A stretch of DNA of 64,000 nucleotides from Gammaproteobacteria bacterium (GCA_049604295.1 JBMYTL010000004.1:9952-73951); one strand, 5' to 3'; counted from the stretch's first letter, positions 1 to 9,504 are shown. Made by a program: numbers and translations. Notes: generated by a model from the sequence alone, not told the origin.

Positions 1-649
1 ACACCAGCCTGAGGGCGAGGGCGATGAAGATCCAGCCCGCGATGCGGTTCATCAGCGCCACGGTTTGCGGTCGCTGACGCAATCGCCCACTCAGCCACCC
101 CGCAAGCAGGGCGATGGACGAGAACACGAGCAGGGCACAGACGATGAACACCCCACCCAGAAACACCACCTGCCAGGCCCCCGGCACAGATCCGGGCGAC
201 ACGAACTGGGGGAGAAAGGCCAGGAAGAACATCAACACCTTGGGATTGCTCATGTTCATGATCACCCCCCGTCGGTAAAGGCCATCTTCCGGTTTCCCAC
301 TACAGGTCCGTTCAGTTTTGCCAGATCGTTCACCACTGTCGGTGCGATCGGGGGCCGACATGGCATAGGGAGCCGCCCAGGTTTTCCAGGCCAGGTAGAG
401 GAGATAGCCGGCTCCGAACAGTTTCAGAGCCGTCAACGCCCAGCTCGATGACTGGATCAGGGCGCCGACACCAAGGGCGACCGCCGCCGTATGAACGACA
501 AGGCCGGTACACAGCCCCAGGGTGATCCGCAGCCCACCACGCACTCCATGCACGGCGGAGTGGGTCAGGACGAACAGGTTATCCGGGCCCGGAACCAGGG
601 CGAGCATGACGGACGCCACAGTGAAGGCCAGAAGTGACTCAACAGGCAT
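1..649 (-). CDS. LysE/RhtB-family amino-acid exporter; the 3' end runs off the window start
   Basis: Reverse-strand translation from the ATG at 649..647 reads MPVESLLAFTVASVMLALVPGPDNLFVL... and stays open to position 1 (absent from the ORF track because no stop lies in the window). Multi-TM hydrophobic profile typical of LysE translocators. The + ORF 65..451 is its antisense. Confidence 0.6.
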   Translation of the reverse strand, partial: MPVESLLAFTVASVMLALVPGPDNLFVLTHSAVHGVRGGLRITLGLCTGLVVHTAAVALGVGALIQSSSWALTALKLFGAGYLLYLAWKTWAAPYAMSAPDRTDSGERSGKTERTCSGKPEDGLYRRGVIMNMSNPKVLMFFLAFLPQFVSPGSVPGAWQVVFLGGVFIVCALLVFSSIALLAGWLSGRLRQRPQTVALMNRIAGWIFIALALRLV

Positions 650-853
650 CAGCGAACCGTATCAGGGTAGCGGGCCGGCCAGGGTGTCTCGTGGGCGATT
701 CGCGGAAGCGGCCCGATCCCCGGCTGTCCGTGAAACGCGCTGCTATGCTTGATTTCACAATACAAAAAAATCGGCGCACAGGTCCCACGACCGCTGACGA
801 ATCCGTCGGGTCACTTTTCGACCCCGTGCCGGAGCCACCTGGAGTTGAGACTG

Positions 854-1174
854 ATGACACCCAAGCAAACGGACACCGGGACATTTACCGTGCTGTTGGA
901 GGACTTCGAGGTACACACGCTACCGAGAATCCAGTCTTTGCTCGAACGACTTCGCAAGGGTGACCGTCTGGGCACGCTGGACATCAGTTTTCTCACCGAG
1001 TGCTGCCAGAACGCTCAACAGCTGGGGGCCTTGCTGGATCGGCACCCCGAGTTCCATGCCCTGGCCAGTCGTATTTTGCACCTGTACCACGAGATCGTGG
1101 ATCTGGCGCGGCGCAACGAAGGCATCACCTTCGACCTGCCACCGCCCTGGAGCGCAGACGACCTGCGTGCGTGA
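854..1174 (+). CDS. hypothetical protein (about 107 aa from MTPKQTD; the ORF is open from 749)
   Basis: ORF 749..1174 with an internal ATG at 854. Composition is not Arg/Pro-biased and no recognisable motif is present. It ends 2 nt before a perfect GC hairpin. Confidence 0.3.
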   Translation: MTPKQTDTGTFTVLLEDFEVHTLPRIQSLLERLRKGDRLGTLDISFLTECCQNAQQLGALLDRHPEFHALASRILHLYHEIVDLARRNEGITFDLPPPWSADDLRA

Positions 1175-1176
1175 CG

Positions 1177-1212
1177 CCCCCCATGCCCGGCACCGGACCG
1201 GGCATGGGGGGG
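1177..1212. other. perfect 14-bp GC-rich inverted repeat (CCCCCCATGCCCGG / CCGGGCATGGGGGG) with an 8-nt loop
   Basis: Read directly: 1177-1190 is the reverse complement of 1199-1212. It lies immediately after the TGA of ORF 749..1174 and has no U-tract. Confidence 0.6.
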
Positions 1213-1476
1213 ACGTCTTGCCTCAAGGACCCCGCGACCACGGCCTCACCAACCAAGAGCCGCTCGGCCCTCTCCTGTCCCGCGGAGCACTTTCACGTGT
1301 ATCGGTCAGGTCTCTCCTGGTGGAGTGCGCCAACCTACTTGGCCCTTATAACGGCCCCATTCTTCGCCATGCCGCGTTGCCCGTTATCGCCATAGTCCCA
1401 CTATGACTGCGCCTCGCGCCCAGCCTGACGGAAAATGGAACTCGTTCTGAGGCTCCATCTATTTCGACGCACTACA

Positions 1477-2664
1477 CTAGATTCGCTCGATAATGGCGGC
1501 GATACCCTGCCCACCACCGATACACATGGAGATCAGTGCGTAGCGGCCGCCCGTGCGCTGCAACTCGTACATGGCCTTGACGGTGAGAACCGCCCCGGTC
1601 GCACCGATGGGATGCCCCAGGGATATTCCGGAGCCATTGGGGTTCACCTTGGCTGGGTCGAGTTCCAGATCGCGAGCACAGGCCAGGGCCTGGGAGGCAA
1701 AGGCTTCATTGAGCTCGATCACGTCCATATCAGCCGTAGTCAGCCCCGTTCTGTTCATGACATTACGTACCGCGGGCACCGGTCCGATGCCCATGTACTT
1801 CGGATCGACTCCGGCAAGCGCGTAAGCGACCAATCGGGCCATGGGCTTGAGCCCCCTGGACTCGGCCGCGGATGCCTCCATGAGTACCACCGCGGCCGCG
1901 GCATCGTTGATACCGGACGCGTTTCCCGCGGTTACCACACCATCCTTCTGGAACACGGTGCGTAACTTGGCCATGCCCTCCACGGTCGCGTCACCACGCA
2001 CGTGCTCATCCTGATCAAAGCGCGTCACGCCCTTACGGCTCTTGAGTTCAACCGGCAGAATCTGATCGGTGAAGTAGCCCGCGGCCTGCGCCGCGGCCGC
2101 CCGTTTATGGGATTCCACCGCCAGGGCATCGGAGTCGTCACGGCTGATACCCCACTTGGCGGCGACATTCTCCGCGGTCACACCCATATGCACGGTATCG
2201 AAGGGATCGGTAAGCGCACCGACCATCATGTCGATCATGGCACCGTCCCCCATACGCTGGCCCCATCGCGCCCCCGGCAGACCATACAGGGCACGCGACA
2301 TGTTCTCTGCTCCACCCGCCACCGCTGCATCGGTATCACCAAGAAGTATCTGCTGTGACGCGGACACAATAGCCTGCAGGCCCGAGCCACAGAGGCGGTT
2401 CAGAGTGAATGCCTGGCTGCTGTGTGGAAGCCCGGCGTCAAGGGCCGCCACCCGGGACAGGTACATATCGCGGGCTTCGGTATGCACCACGTTGCCCATC
2501 ACGCAGGCCCCAATGTCCTCGGCCTCTGCCCCGGATCGGGAGACAGCCTCGGCAACGACCCGGGCAGCAAGTGCCGTGGGGGCAACATCTTTCAGGGCTC
2601 CGCCGTAATCACCTATCGCGGTGCGTACGCCAGACAACAACACGACTTCTCTCTTGTCGCTCAT
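1477..2664 (-). CDS. phaA: acetyl-CoA C-acetyltransferase (beta-ketothiolase)
   Basis: Thiolase hallmarks: the NRLCGSGLQA active-site Cys region, an N-terminus MSDKREVVLLSGVRTAIG and the C-terminal CIGGGQGIAAIIERI. Start set at the internal ATG (2664). Lies adjacent to phaC. Confidence 0.85.
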   Translation of the reverse strand: MSDKREVVLLSGVRTAIGDYGGALKDVAPTALAARVVAEAVSRSGAEAEDIGACVMGNVVHTEARDMYLSRVAALDAGLPHSSQAFTLNRLCGSGLQAIVSASQQILLGDTDAAVAGGAENMSRALYGLPGARWGQRMGDGAMIDMMVGALTDPFDTVHMGVTAENVAAKWGISRDDSDALAVESHKRAAAAQAAGYFTDQILPVELKSRKGVTRFDQDEHVRGDATVEGMAKLRTVFQKDGVVTAGNASGINDAAAAVVLMEASAAESRGLKPMARLVAYALAGVDPKYMGIGPVPAVRNVMNRTGLTTADMDVIELNEAFASQALACARDLELDPAKVNPNGSGISLGHPIGATGAVLTVKAMYELQRTGGRYALISMCIGGGQGIAAIIERI

Positions 2665-2849
2665 GATCAAACTCCTCGGGTGAAGAAAGCCCGGATAGGG
2701 CAGCGATACGAAGCCGCCAATGTTTTCGGCGGGTCCGCCAAGGCTTGGGCACACGGCGGGTTATCCGGAATGCACCCCTTGAAATAAAAACGGGCGCAAA
2801 CCCGAATGGATTGCGCCCGTTATGGTTTCAGCAATGAAAATTCAGACCA

Positions 2850-4649
2850 TCACTGTTCGTCGATACGTACCTGCACGTAACTACCCGGCGCATCCTCGAT
2901 GGCTTTCAGGTCGCCTTCACCGGGGACGCGGGCTGGCACCTTCTTGCCTGCCTTGGGCTTGATCCAGCGCTGCCACTCAGGCCACCAGGAGCCTTCGTTC
3001 ACCTCTGCGCCCGCGGCCCATGCGTCCGCGTCCTTGGGCAACTTGGTGGTTGTACGGTAGCCGTACTTGTTGGCCTCAGGTGGATTGATGATACCGGCGA
3101 TATGACCGGATCCGCCGAGAATGAACTTGACGCTGCCGCCCATGCGCTGGGCTCCCATATAGGTGGATTTCCAGGGTGCGATGTGATCGTCGGCAGTGGA
3201 AACAAAACAGGTGGGAATATCGATGCGCTCAAGATCGATGGTCACATCATCGATTTTCACCTCGCCTTTCACGAGCGCGTTCTCCAGATAGAGTCGGCGC
3301 AGATACCACGAATGCATGGCACACGGCATGCGGGTGGAATCAGAGTTCCAATACAGCAGGTCGAAAGGTCGCGGTTCATTACCCAGCAGGTAATTGTTCA
3401 CATAAAAAGACCAGATCAGATCGTTGGCGCGAAGCAGGTTGAACGTACCGGCCATGGTGGTGCCTTCGAGGTAGCCCTCACCAGCCATCTGCTTCTCCAG
3501 TCCTTCGATGGTGTCATCGTCGATAAACACGCCCAGCTCGCCCGGCTCCGAGAAGTCCAACATGGTGGTGTAGAAGGTCGCACTCTTGATACGCGCATCG
3601 TCACGCGCCTTCATATAGGCCAGAGTGGTCGCCAGCAGGGTGCCTCCGATGCAGTAGCCAATGGCGTTTACCTCGCTCTCACCGGTGGCCTTCTCAATGG
3701 CATTGACCGCTTCAATCACCCCTTCCTTCACGTAGTCGTCAAAACCCGTATCCCGATAGCTGCTGTCGGGATTGACCCAGGAAATCACGAAAACCGTGTG
3801 GCCCTGCTCCACCAGCCAGCGCAGTTTGGAGTTCTTGGGCTGCAGGTCGAGGATGTAAAACTTGTTGATCCACGGTGGCACGATCAGCAAGGGGCGTTTG
3901 AACGTGTTCTCGGTTGTGGGCGAGTACTGAATCAGCTGGAACATGCGGTTCTGATACACCACCTTCCCCGGCGTCACAGCGACGTTCTTACCCAACTCGA
4001 AGGCGTCGGTATCGGTCATCCGGATACGCAACTGGCCGTTGCCGTCCTCAAGGTCCTCCAGCATGTTCTTGAGGCCGTGCACCAGGTTCGCCCCTTTGGT
4101 CTCAACAACTTTCTCCAGCACGGCGGGATTGGTGGCGGCGAAATTGGTCGGGCTCATGGCATCAATGAACCGTTCGGTGAAAAACTCAACCTTCTGCGCC
4201 GTCTTGTCATCAAGGTGATCAAGGTCGCTGACAACATCGCGCATCCACTGGGAGGCCAGTAGATAGGATTGCTTGATGGTCGCGAATACCGGCTGCTCCA
4301 CCCAATCATCGTGCTTGAAGCGTCGGTCACCTTTCTGCTCGGAAATAACCGGCGCTGACTCCTGCCCCATCCACTGCATGGCGGACTGCTGGTAGAGCTT
4401 CATGGTTTCCTGCCAGAAGCTCATGTTCGCTTCCACCAGTTTCTGGGGTTCGAGCGAAACCGCCGCCAACCAGTCCGCCCAAACCTTGCTCAGGTTCATG
4501 GGGTCGAATGAGAGATTTTCATGATGGTCGACGAAATCGCGCATGATTTCTTCACAGGCCTTGAAGTTGGTTTCCAGGCCTTTATGAAGATTGGCGAAGC
4601 CAAGCGTGCCCTGCTCGGCGGATGAAGTGGCTGACGCGGAATCAGTCAT
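2850..4649 (-). CDS. phaC: class I poly(3-hydroxyalkanoate) synthase
   Basis: About 600 aa with the lipase-box GYCIGGT and an alpha/beta-hydrolase core. An N-terminus MTDSASATSS with an AGGT ribosome-binding site places the start at 4649. phaA and a phasin are neighbours. Confidence 0.85.
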   Translation of the reverse strand: MTDSASATSSAEQGTLGFANLHKGLETNFKACEEIMRDFVDHHENLSFDPMNLSKVWADWLAAVSLEPQKLVEANMSFWQETMKLYQQSAMQWMGQESAPVISEQKGDRRFKHDDWVEQPVFATIKQSYLLASQWMRDVVSDLDHLDDKTAQKVEFFTERFIDAMSPTNFAATNPAVLEKVVETKGANLVHGLKNMLEDLEDGNGQLRIRMTDTDAFELGKNVAVTPGKVVYQNRMFQLIQYSPTTENTFKRPLLIVPPWINKFYILDLQPKNSKLRWLVEQGHTVFVISWVNPDSSYRDTGFDDYVKEGVIEAVNAIEKATGESEVNAIGYCIGGTLLATTLAYMKARDDARIKSATFYTTMLDFSEPGELGVFIDDDTIEGLEKQMAGEGYLEGTTMAGTFNLLRANDLIWSFYVNNYLLGNEPRPFDLLYWNSDSTRMPCAMHSWYLRRLYLENALVKGEVKIDDVTIDLERIDIPTCFVSTADDHIAPWKSTYMGAQRMGGSVKFILGGSGHIAGIINPPEANKYGYRTTTKLPKDADAWAAGAEVNEGSWWPEWQRWIKPKAGKKVPARVPGEGDLKAIEDAPGSYVQVRIDEQ

Positions 4650-4765
4650 CGAGGTTACCTGCGGTTGGCTGAGTGGCGCGGCCTGATCGGCATGCGCTCT
4701 TTGATCTGGTAGGTGCTGGTGCATGCCGCACGGGAATAACGACGGCACACGAACAGCGTGTGCAA

Positions 4766-5227
4766 TCAGGCTTTGACCGAGGCCTTGAGTTCTTCGATGC
4801 TGGCGTTGAAGCGCTCGACCAGTGCCTTGCCGGCCTCATCCTGGGTCTGTCGCACGAGATCCGACATCTCCGCGGCGTTCTCCATGGACTTGGCAATAGC
4901 CGCTTCAAAAACCTTGGCCTGCGCATCCGCCAACTGAGCCGGATCGTGGGTTTGCCCCAGGGAACGGGCAGCCTCGGTCGCCTCGGCCAACGCGGCCTGC
5001 ATCATTTCGGCCTGCCGTTGAAGGATCTGCTGAGTCCCCTCCATGGCCGCCTTGTTCGCGGCCGCGAGTGCCTCGAGATTCTTGCGATAGGTGTCGTAGT
5101 ACGCGTTCATGTCGATCCCGGGGACACCGCCGGAGGAAAGCATTTCCTGCCATTGCCTGGAGACGGCTTCGGGATCAAGCGGCTTGAAAAACTGAGAGAA
5201 ATCGAATGGGTTGCTGCTGCTCACGGC
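4766..5227 (-). CDS. phaP: phasin (PHA granule-associated protein)
   Basis: About 154 aa, all-helical, Ala/Glu/Gln-rich protein with a phasin-like N-terminus (MAVSSSNPFDFSQFFKPLDPEA...). Lies directly upstream of phaC on the same strand. Confidence 0.65.
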   Translation of the reverse strand, partial: AVSSSNPFDFSQFFKPLDPEAVSRQWQEMLSSGGVPGIDMNAYYDTYRKNLEALAAANKAAMEGTQQILQRQAEMMQAALAEATEAARSLGQTHDPAQLADAQAKVFEAAIAKSMENAAEMSDLVRQTQDEAGKALVERFNASIEELKASVKA

Positions 5228-5539
5228 CATGGCCTCACGGAAGGGTTCAACGTCCTGAAACGCGGGTTTTGTTGCACCGCAACATGGTAGCCGTTCCCAT
5301 GGAAATAGCAAGTCGGGGAGCTTCCCGCCGAGTGTCGATCCAGAGCGCTTGCGGAGGCCACCTCGGGTGCAATCACCGCACACGCATCGGCGTGATCGCC
5401 TCGCGCCAGTCCCTGTTTACGGACAGGACAGCCGGTCCGCGTTCATAAAGACCCGAGGCATGAGGGACGAGCCCCAGGACACCAATGAGGGCCATGAAAG
5501 CTTCTGGAACTCAAATCCGGGCTTGGCACGGACATCGGC

Positions 5540-5830
5540 TTGATTCGCGACTCGTTCCCCTACGTCACACCATTTGGGGAGAGACCCGATAACCAACGCT
5601 TGGATATTTCTGGGTTATAAGACCATTTCACTTCAACCCTTTCTATCCACAGCACCTTAAAAAAATAACGCTGTAACACGGGTAGCGGCACAAACCAGAG
5701 GTGGCAAGGGAGAATACCGGCACACTCAAATTCCGTCGTCCCGTGCCAACTGAGAAATCACTTCAATAAACGATCAAAAACAATATAATTTCGATTGTCC
5801 CAAATTACTTTTTCCTCAGGAGACTCATCA
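5540..5830. promoter_or_regulatory. AT-rich divergent promoter region (phasin to the left, hns to the right)
   Basis: Local AT content is far above the window average (runs such as aaaaaaataacg and aaaacaatataatttcgattgtcccaaattactttttcc). An AGGAGA ribosome-binding site sits at 5817-5822 ahead of the GTG at 5831. Confidence 0.4.
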
Positions 5831-6202
5831 GTGGCCCTTCCCGATATCAGCGAACTTTCTGTTTCCGAACTCGAGGCACTGGTTGCCGCTTGCAACACCC
5901 AGATCGAGAAACGGCGCAAATCCAAGCGGGCGGAGTTGGCCCGGGAATTCAAAAAACAGGCTGCCGCTGAAGGACTGAGTCTTGACGACATCATGTCTGA
6001 GGGCGAGAAGAAAAAGGCCACGCGCAAAGGCCGGACCGCGAAGGGGAAAGGTCGCGCGAGCAAGCGTAAAGGCATGAAGGTCGCCCCGAAATACGCGAAT
6101 CCGGACGACAGCACACAGACCTGGACCGGTCGGGGACGCAAGCCTGCTTGGGTTGTCGCGGCCCTTGAAGCAGGAAAATCGCTGGATGATCTGCTGATCT
6201 GA
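5831..6202 (+). CDS. hns: H-NS family nucleoid-associated protein
   Basis: The C-terminus TWTGRGRKPAWVVAALEAGKSLDDLLI matches the E. coli H-NS DNA-binding motif [28 protein letters not shown]. There is an N-terminal coiled-coil region and a GTG start behind AGGAGA. Confidence 0.85.
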   Translation: MALPDISELSVSELEALVAACNTQIEKRRKSKRAELAREFKKQAAAEGLSLDDIMSEGEKKKATRKGRTAKGKGRASKRKGMKVAPKYANPDDSTQTWTGRGRKPAWVVAALEAGKSLDDLLI

Positions 6203-6225
6203 CCTGACGTTCACCAACGAAATAA

Positions 6226-6262
6226 CCGCCACCGCATCTGCATGCGGTGGCGGTTTTGTTGT
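6226..6262 (+). terminator. Rho-independent terminator downstream of hns
   Basis: A 12-bp perfect stem CCGCCACCGCAT/ATGCGGTGGCGG with a 4-nt loop, followed by TTTTGTTGT. Confidence 0.75.
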
Positions 6263-6412
6263 CGCCCTCTTAATAACACCGCATAACGGGATCGTTTCCC
6301 GGCGATCCGCGGCGAGTACCTACCCACGTCTCCGTGGCTGTACCAGAAACACCCAAATCAGCGTCGACCCGGCTCCCCGGACGTCACGAACCGGCCCCCC
6401 CCACCCCGCCGG

Positions 6413-7387
6413 TCAGATATCGATCCCCTCGACTTTCAAAAGGTCCTCCAGGGCAACTTCCATGATGGAGCGCGCTTTTGCGGTCGCCGCGTGTAACCGC
6501 GCGTGCAGTGCCGCATCAGCTTGGCTGCGGTTCTCGCACTGGCCACTGTAGATCTCGAACGCGCACAAGCCCTCAATCAGGTCCGCCAGATGCCTGGGGC
6601 ATTCGCACTGTAGTTTGCTCTCCAGGGTGGATAGCTCACCCAACTGGGCCGCGTTGAACCGACGCGGAGGCAACGGGTCATTGAGGCTCACCGCCCCGTC
6701 ATCCGCACCCTTGACGGCCGCCTGTTCATGGCGCGCCTCGCGCCGACAGACGCGCACGAGCTCGTCGAAGTTGACGGGGGATCGAAGCAACAAGGTCCGC
6801 GGATCCGTGTAGGCATCAAGTGTTTTCCGCGAGGCAAAGCCGTAGACCACAACGGCAACAGCTCCCTTGGTTCGTCTGAGCAAGGAGGCGATCTCAGTCG
6901 CGGTATCGGCATAAAGGGCGGGATATTCCAGGATGAGCACATCGGGATTCCACTCAGCCAGCCCTTCCATGAACTCACGCCGGTCCCGGGTAAGTGCCAC
7001 GATTTCGATTCCCGGGTCCAGCTCCCCGAGAACGGCGAGCTGGCCGGAAAGCACCTCTCCGAGGACAGCGACCCTTGGGGGTGACTGCTCCATGCGGGCA
7101 GTCTTGGGTCTATCGAGACCGGATTCCTCCAGACGGGCCTTGAGCTGTTCCATGGCCAGCCCGGCCACGTTGCCGATCGCGTCACCCGAATCGACGAGAC
7201 GTTTTATCAGGGTGAGTCGGGCGATGTCATCGCGGTCATACATGCGGAAATGACCCGTTCCCCGTTTCGGGGTAACCACCTGGTAGCGTCGCTCCCAGGC
7301 ACGCAGGGTATCGGCCGGAATACCGGTCAGCCGAGTAACCGCTCCGATACGGAAGGCTTCATCGGGTGGGGGGCGTCGTTCATGCAT
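6413..7387 (-). CDS. MerR-family transcriptional regulator with a receiver-like middle domain and a Cys-rich C-terminus
   Basis: N-terminal MerR HTH (FRIGAVTRLTGIPADTLRAWERRY), then a Rossmann/receiver-like stretch (RVAVLGEVL...IEIVALT...VAVVVYGF), then LQCECPRHLADLIEGLCAFEIYSGQC. Start placed at MHERRPP (7387). Confidence 0.6.
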   Translation of the reverse strand: MHERRPPPDEAFRIGAVTRLTGIPADTLRAWERRYQVVTPKRGTGHFRMYDRDDIARLTLIKRLVDSGDAIGNVAGLAMEQLKARLEESGLDRPKTARMEQSPPRVAVLGEVLSGQLAVLGELDPGIEIVALTRDRREFMEGLAEWNPDVLILEYPALYADTATEIASLLRRTKGAVAVVVYGFASRKTLDAYTDPRTLLLRSPVNFDELVRVCRREARHEQAAVKGADDGAVSLNDPLPPRRFNAAQLGELSTLESKLQCECPRHLADLIEGLCAFEIYSGQCENRSQADAALHARLHAATAKARSIMEVALEDLLKVEGIDI

Positions 7388-7643
7388 TGCAAACAACCTC
7401 AGGTCATGTGGTGCGGACGCAGTGTACAAGGTTTGCCCACAAGACAACTCCTCAATATCTGTGCAAAAACCTGAATCGCCCCTGAGACCTGGTAGGCGCA
7501 CAAGAAAAAAGCCATGACTGCCCCCAATGTAGTCATGGCTTGACCGGGACTGATTGCCCGGCGGCACGCGTAACCTCCTTCGGTGCCGGTATGGCCTCGC
7601 GGCTCTTATTGTTGCTTTGTCTGGTGTTGAATCCCCTGCTTAC

Positions 7644-8864
7644 TTACCCTTCGTCAAGCCCCTTGCCCCGCGATGCCACGGTTTGACGACGCTTTGCGAA
7701 CCACGTTCCCGGCGGCGCGTGATCCCGGAAGTAGCTTCTGAGACCACGCAGGATCGCCTGCGCCATGCGCTTCTGATGTTTTGAAGACCGCAACTTGGCC
7801 TCCTCTGACGGATTCGAGATAAACGCGGTTTCCACAAGCATGGAGGGAATATCCGGAGACTTGAGAACCACGAACGCCGCGCGCTCTACCTGCCTCTTGT
7901 GCACCTTGCCGATACGTTTGAGCTCCGCCAGGACGTCTTTCGCCGCGGAGTGACTGGCCTCGAGGGTTCCGTTCTGGGACAAGTCGAGCAACACCTGCGC
8001 GAGCTGGTCGTCCTTGTCGTCCAGACGCACACCACCAACCAGGTCCGCCTTGTTCTCGTTGACCGCCAACCAGCGCGCCGCCTCTGATGAAGCGCCGCGA
8101 CGCGAAAGTATGTACACCGAAGACCCCCGTGCCCGCGCATCGCGGAAACCGTCGGCATGAATGGACAGGAACAGGTCCGCCTTCGCCTTGCGCGCCCGGT
8201 TTATTCGTGTACGCAACTTGAGAAAGTAGTCGCCGTTGCGGGTCAACACCGCCCGCATACCGGGTTCCCGGTTAATCATTGCCACGAGTTTCCGGGCAAT
8301 GGCCAAAGTGGCGACCTTTTCCTTGGTCCCACGGGGCCCGAGTGCACCGGGGTCAGCGCCTCCATGTCCGGCATCAACCGCGATCACCACCTCCCGCTCG
8401 GCGTTCTCATTGAGCGCCTCGATGCTCTTGACCGCTTTGCGCGTTTCAGACTCGGCACTGCCTCGCTTCGGATACAGATCCACCACGAGGCGGTGCCCGG
8501 ACTTTCCAGAGGGACGCAGGAGGAAGCTCTTCGGGCGTACCTGCCCTTTCAAATCGAGCACAAAGCGAAGATTACTCTGCTTGCGGGGGGCATAACGTAC
8601 GCCCTGGAGCAGGTCACCATGTGGCTTGGGGGAGAACCTTGAGCCTATCCGGGCCCCCGTCAGGTCGAGCACGACCCGGTCAGGCCCCTCGAGGGTGAAC
8701 AGCGTATGCCCCACCGGGGCCGACAACTCGAACACCACCCGCGTGTGATCGCTGTGCGCATAGCTGCGCATCTTGGTCACGCTCGCTGCCGCCATGACCT
8801 GGACGGTCACCAGACCCAGAATCAGTGCGGCGAAAACGGACAGCTTGGCGAGTACGCGGGCCAT
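7644..8864 (-). CDS. N-acetylmuramoyl-L-alanine amidase (AMIN domain + amidase_3; AmiB/AmiC type)
   Basis: Signal peptide MARVLAKLSVFAALILGLV behind an AAGAGG ribosome-binding site. Amidase_3 region (VVIAVDAGHGG...SIHAD). Synteny nnr-tsaE-amidase as in the E. coli yjeF-yjeE-amiB cluster. Confidence 0.8.
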   Translation of the reverse strand: MARVLAKLSVFAALILGLVTVQVMAAASVTKMRSYAHSDHTRVVFELSAPVGHTLFTLEGPDRVVLDLTGARIGSRFSPKPHGDLLQGVRYAPRKQSNLRFVLDLKGQVRPKSFLLRPSGKSGHRLVVDLYPKRGSAESETRKAVKSIEALNENAEREVVIAVDAGHGGADPGALGPRGTKEKVATLAIARKLVAMINREPGMRAVLTRNGDYFLKLRTRINRARKAKADLFLSIHADGFRDARARGSSVYILSRRGASSEAARWLAVNENKADLVGGVRLDDKDDQLAQVLLDLSQNGTLEASHSAAKDVLAELKRIGKVHKRQVERAAFVVLKSPDIPSMLVETAFISNPSEEAKLRSSKHQKRMAQAILRGLRSYFRDHAPPGTWFAKRRQTVASRGKGLDEG

Positions 8865-8982
8865 GATCCTCTTCATTCTGGCGGCGAATGGCTTATCTAT
8901 AGGACACGCGCGGGGCCAAATCAAGTTTTTTCATTAAATTCCGTCAGATAGGGGTCTTTCCTCGAAATCTGATCAGCATTAT

Positions 8983-9504
8983 TCAGTCATTGGCGAGTCT
9001 CAGCGACCGAGCCCTGTCGCTGAGTGGTTCAAGCTCCACCTCGCGTCCATCACCCGAATAGCTGAGCCGAATCCGCAGATCACCTCGCGGCAACAGCCCC
9101 TCTCCTTTCTGGGGCCATTCGACCAGTAGCAGGTGGCTATCGGTCAACAGGTCACGAATACCGAGAAATTCGAGCTCTTCCGGGTCCGCCAGCCGGTACA
9201 GGTCCATGTGAACGATCTTCATCGCGCCCCCGGTATCGCCCCGCCCCTGCGCGGTAAGTTCGTAGGGCTCGACCAAGGTGTACGTGGGACTGCGCACGGG
9301 CCCCTCATGGCCCAATGACTGGATAAGCGCGCGAACCAATGTGGTCTTACCCGCGCCAAGGTCACCCTCCAATCGGACCAGGAAGCCGCCACCCGGCGTC
9401 CCGGCCCCGAGGATGGCAGCACCGAGTTGCTCGCCCAAAGCCCGGGTCCCTTGCTCGTCGTCCAGGGACCACCTGATCACCTCGCTCATTTCAAAGCCAC
9501 TCAT
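8983..9504 (-). CDS. tsaE: tRNA t6A37 threonylcarbamoyladenosine biosynthesis protein TsaE
   Basis: P-loop GDLGAGKTTLVRAL. ATGA start/stop overlap with the upstream nnr gene. Confidence 0.85.
   Translation of the reverse strand: MSGFEMSEVIRWSLDDEQGTRALGEQLGAAILGAGTPGGGFLVRLEGDLGAGKTTLVRALIQSLGHEGPVRSPTYTLVEPYELTAQGRGDTGGAMKIVHMDLYRLADPEELEFLGIRDLLTDSHLLLVEWPQKGEGLLPRGDLRIRLSYSGDGREVELEPLSDRARSLRLAND

Noticed and set aside
65-451. 128-aa + strand ORF at the window start
   Set aside because: Arg/His/Pro-rich. It is the antisense of the LysE-family exporter, which reads cleanly on the minus strand.
3102-4262. 386-aa + ORF inside phaC
   Set aside because: It lies opposite a well-supported PHA synthase and has no motifs. 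High-GC antisense artefact.
4673-5290. 205-aa + ORF opposite the phasin gene
   Set aside because: Antisense of the phasin gene. Gly/Arg/Leu-rich junk.
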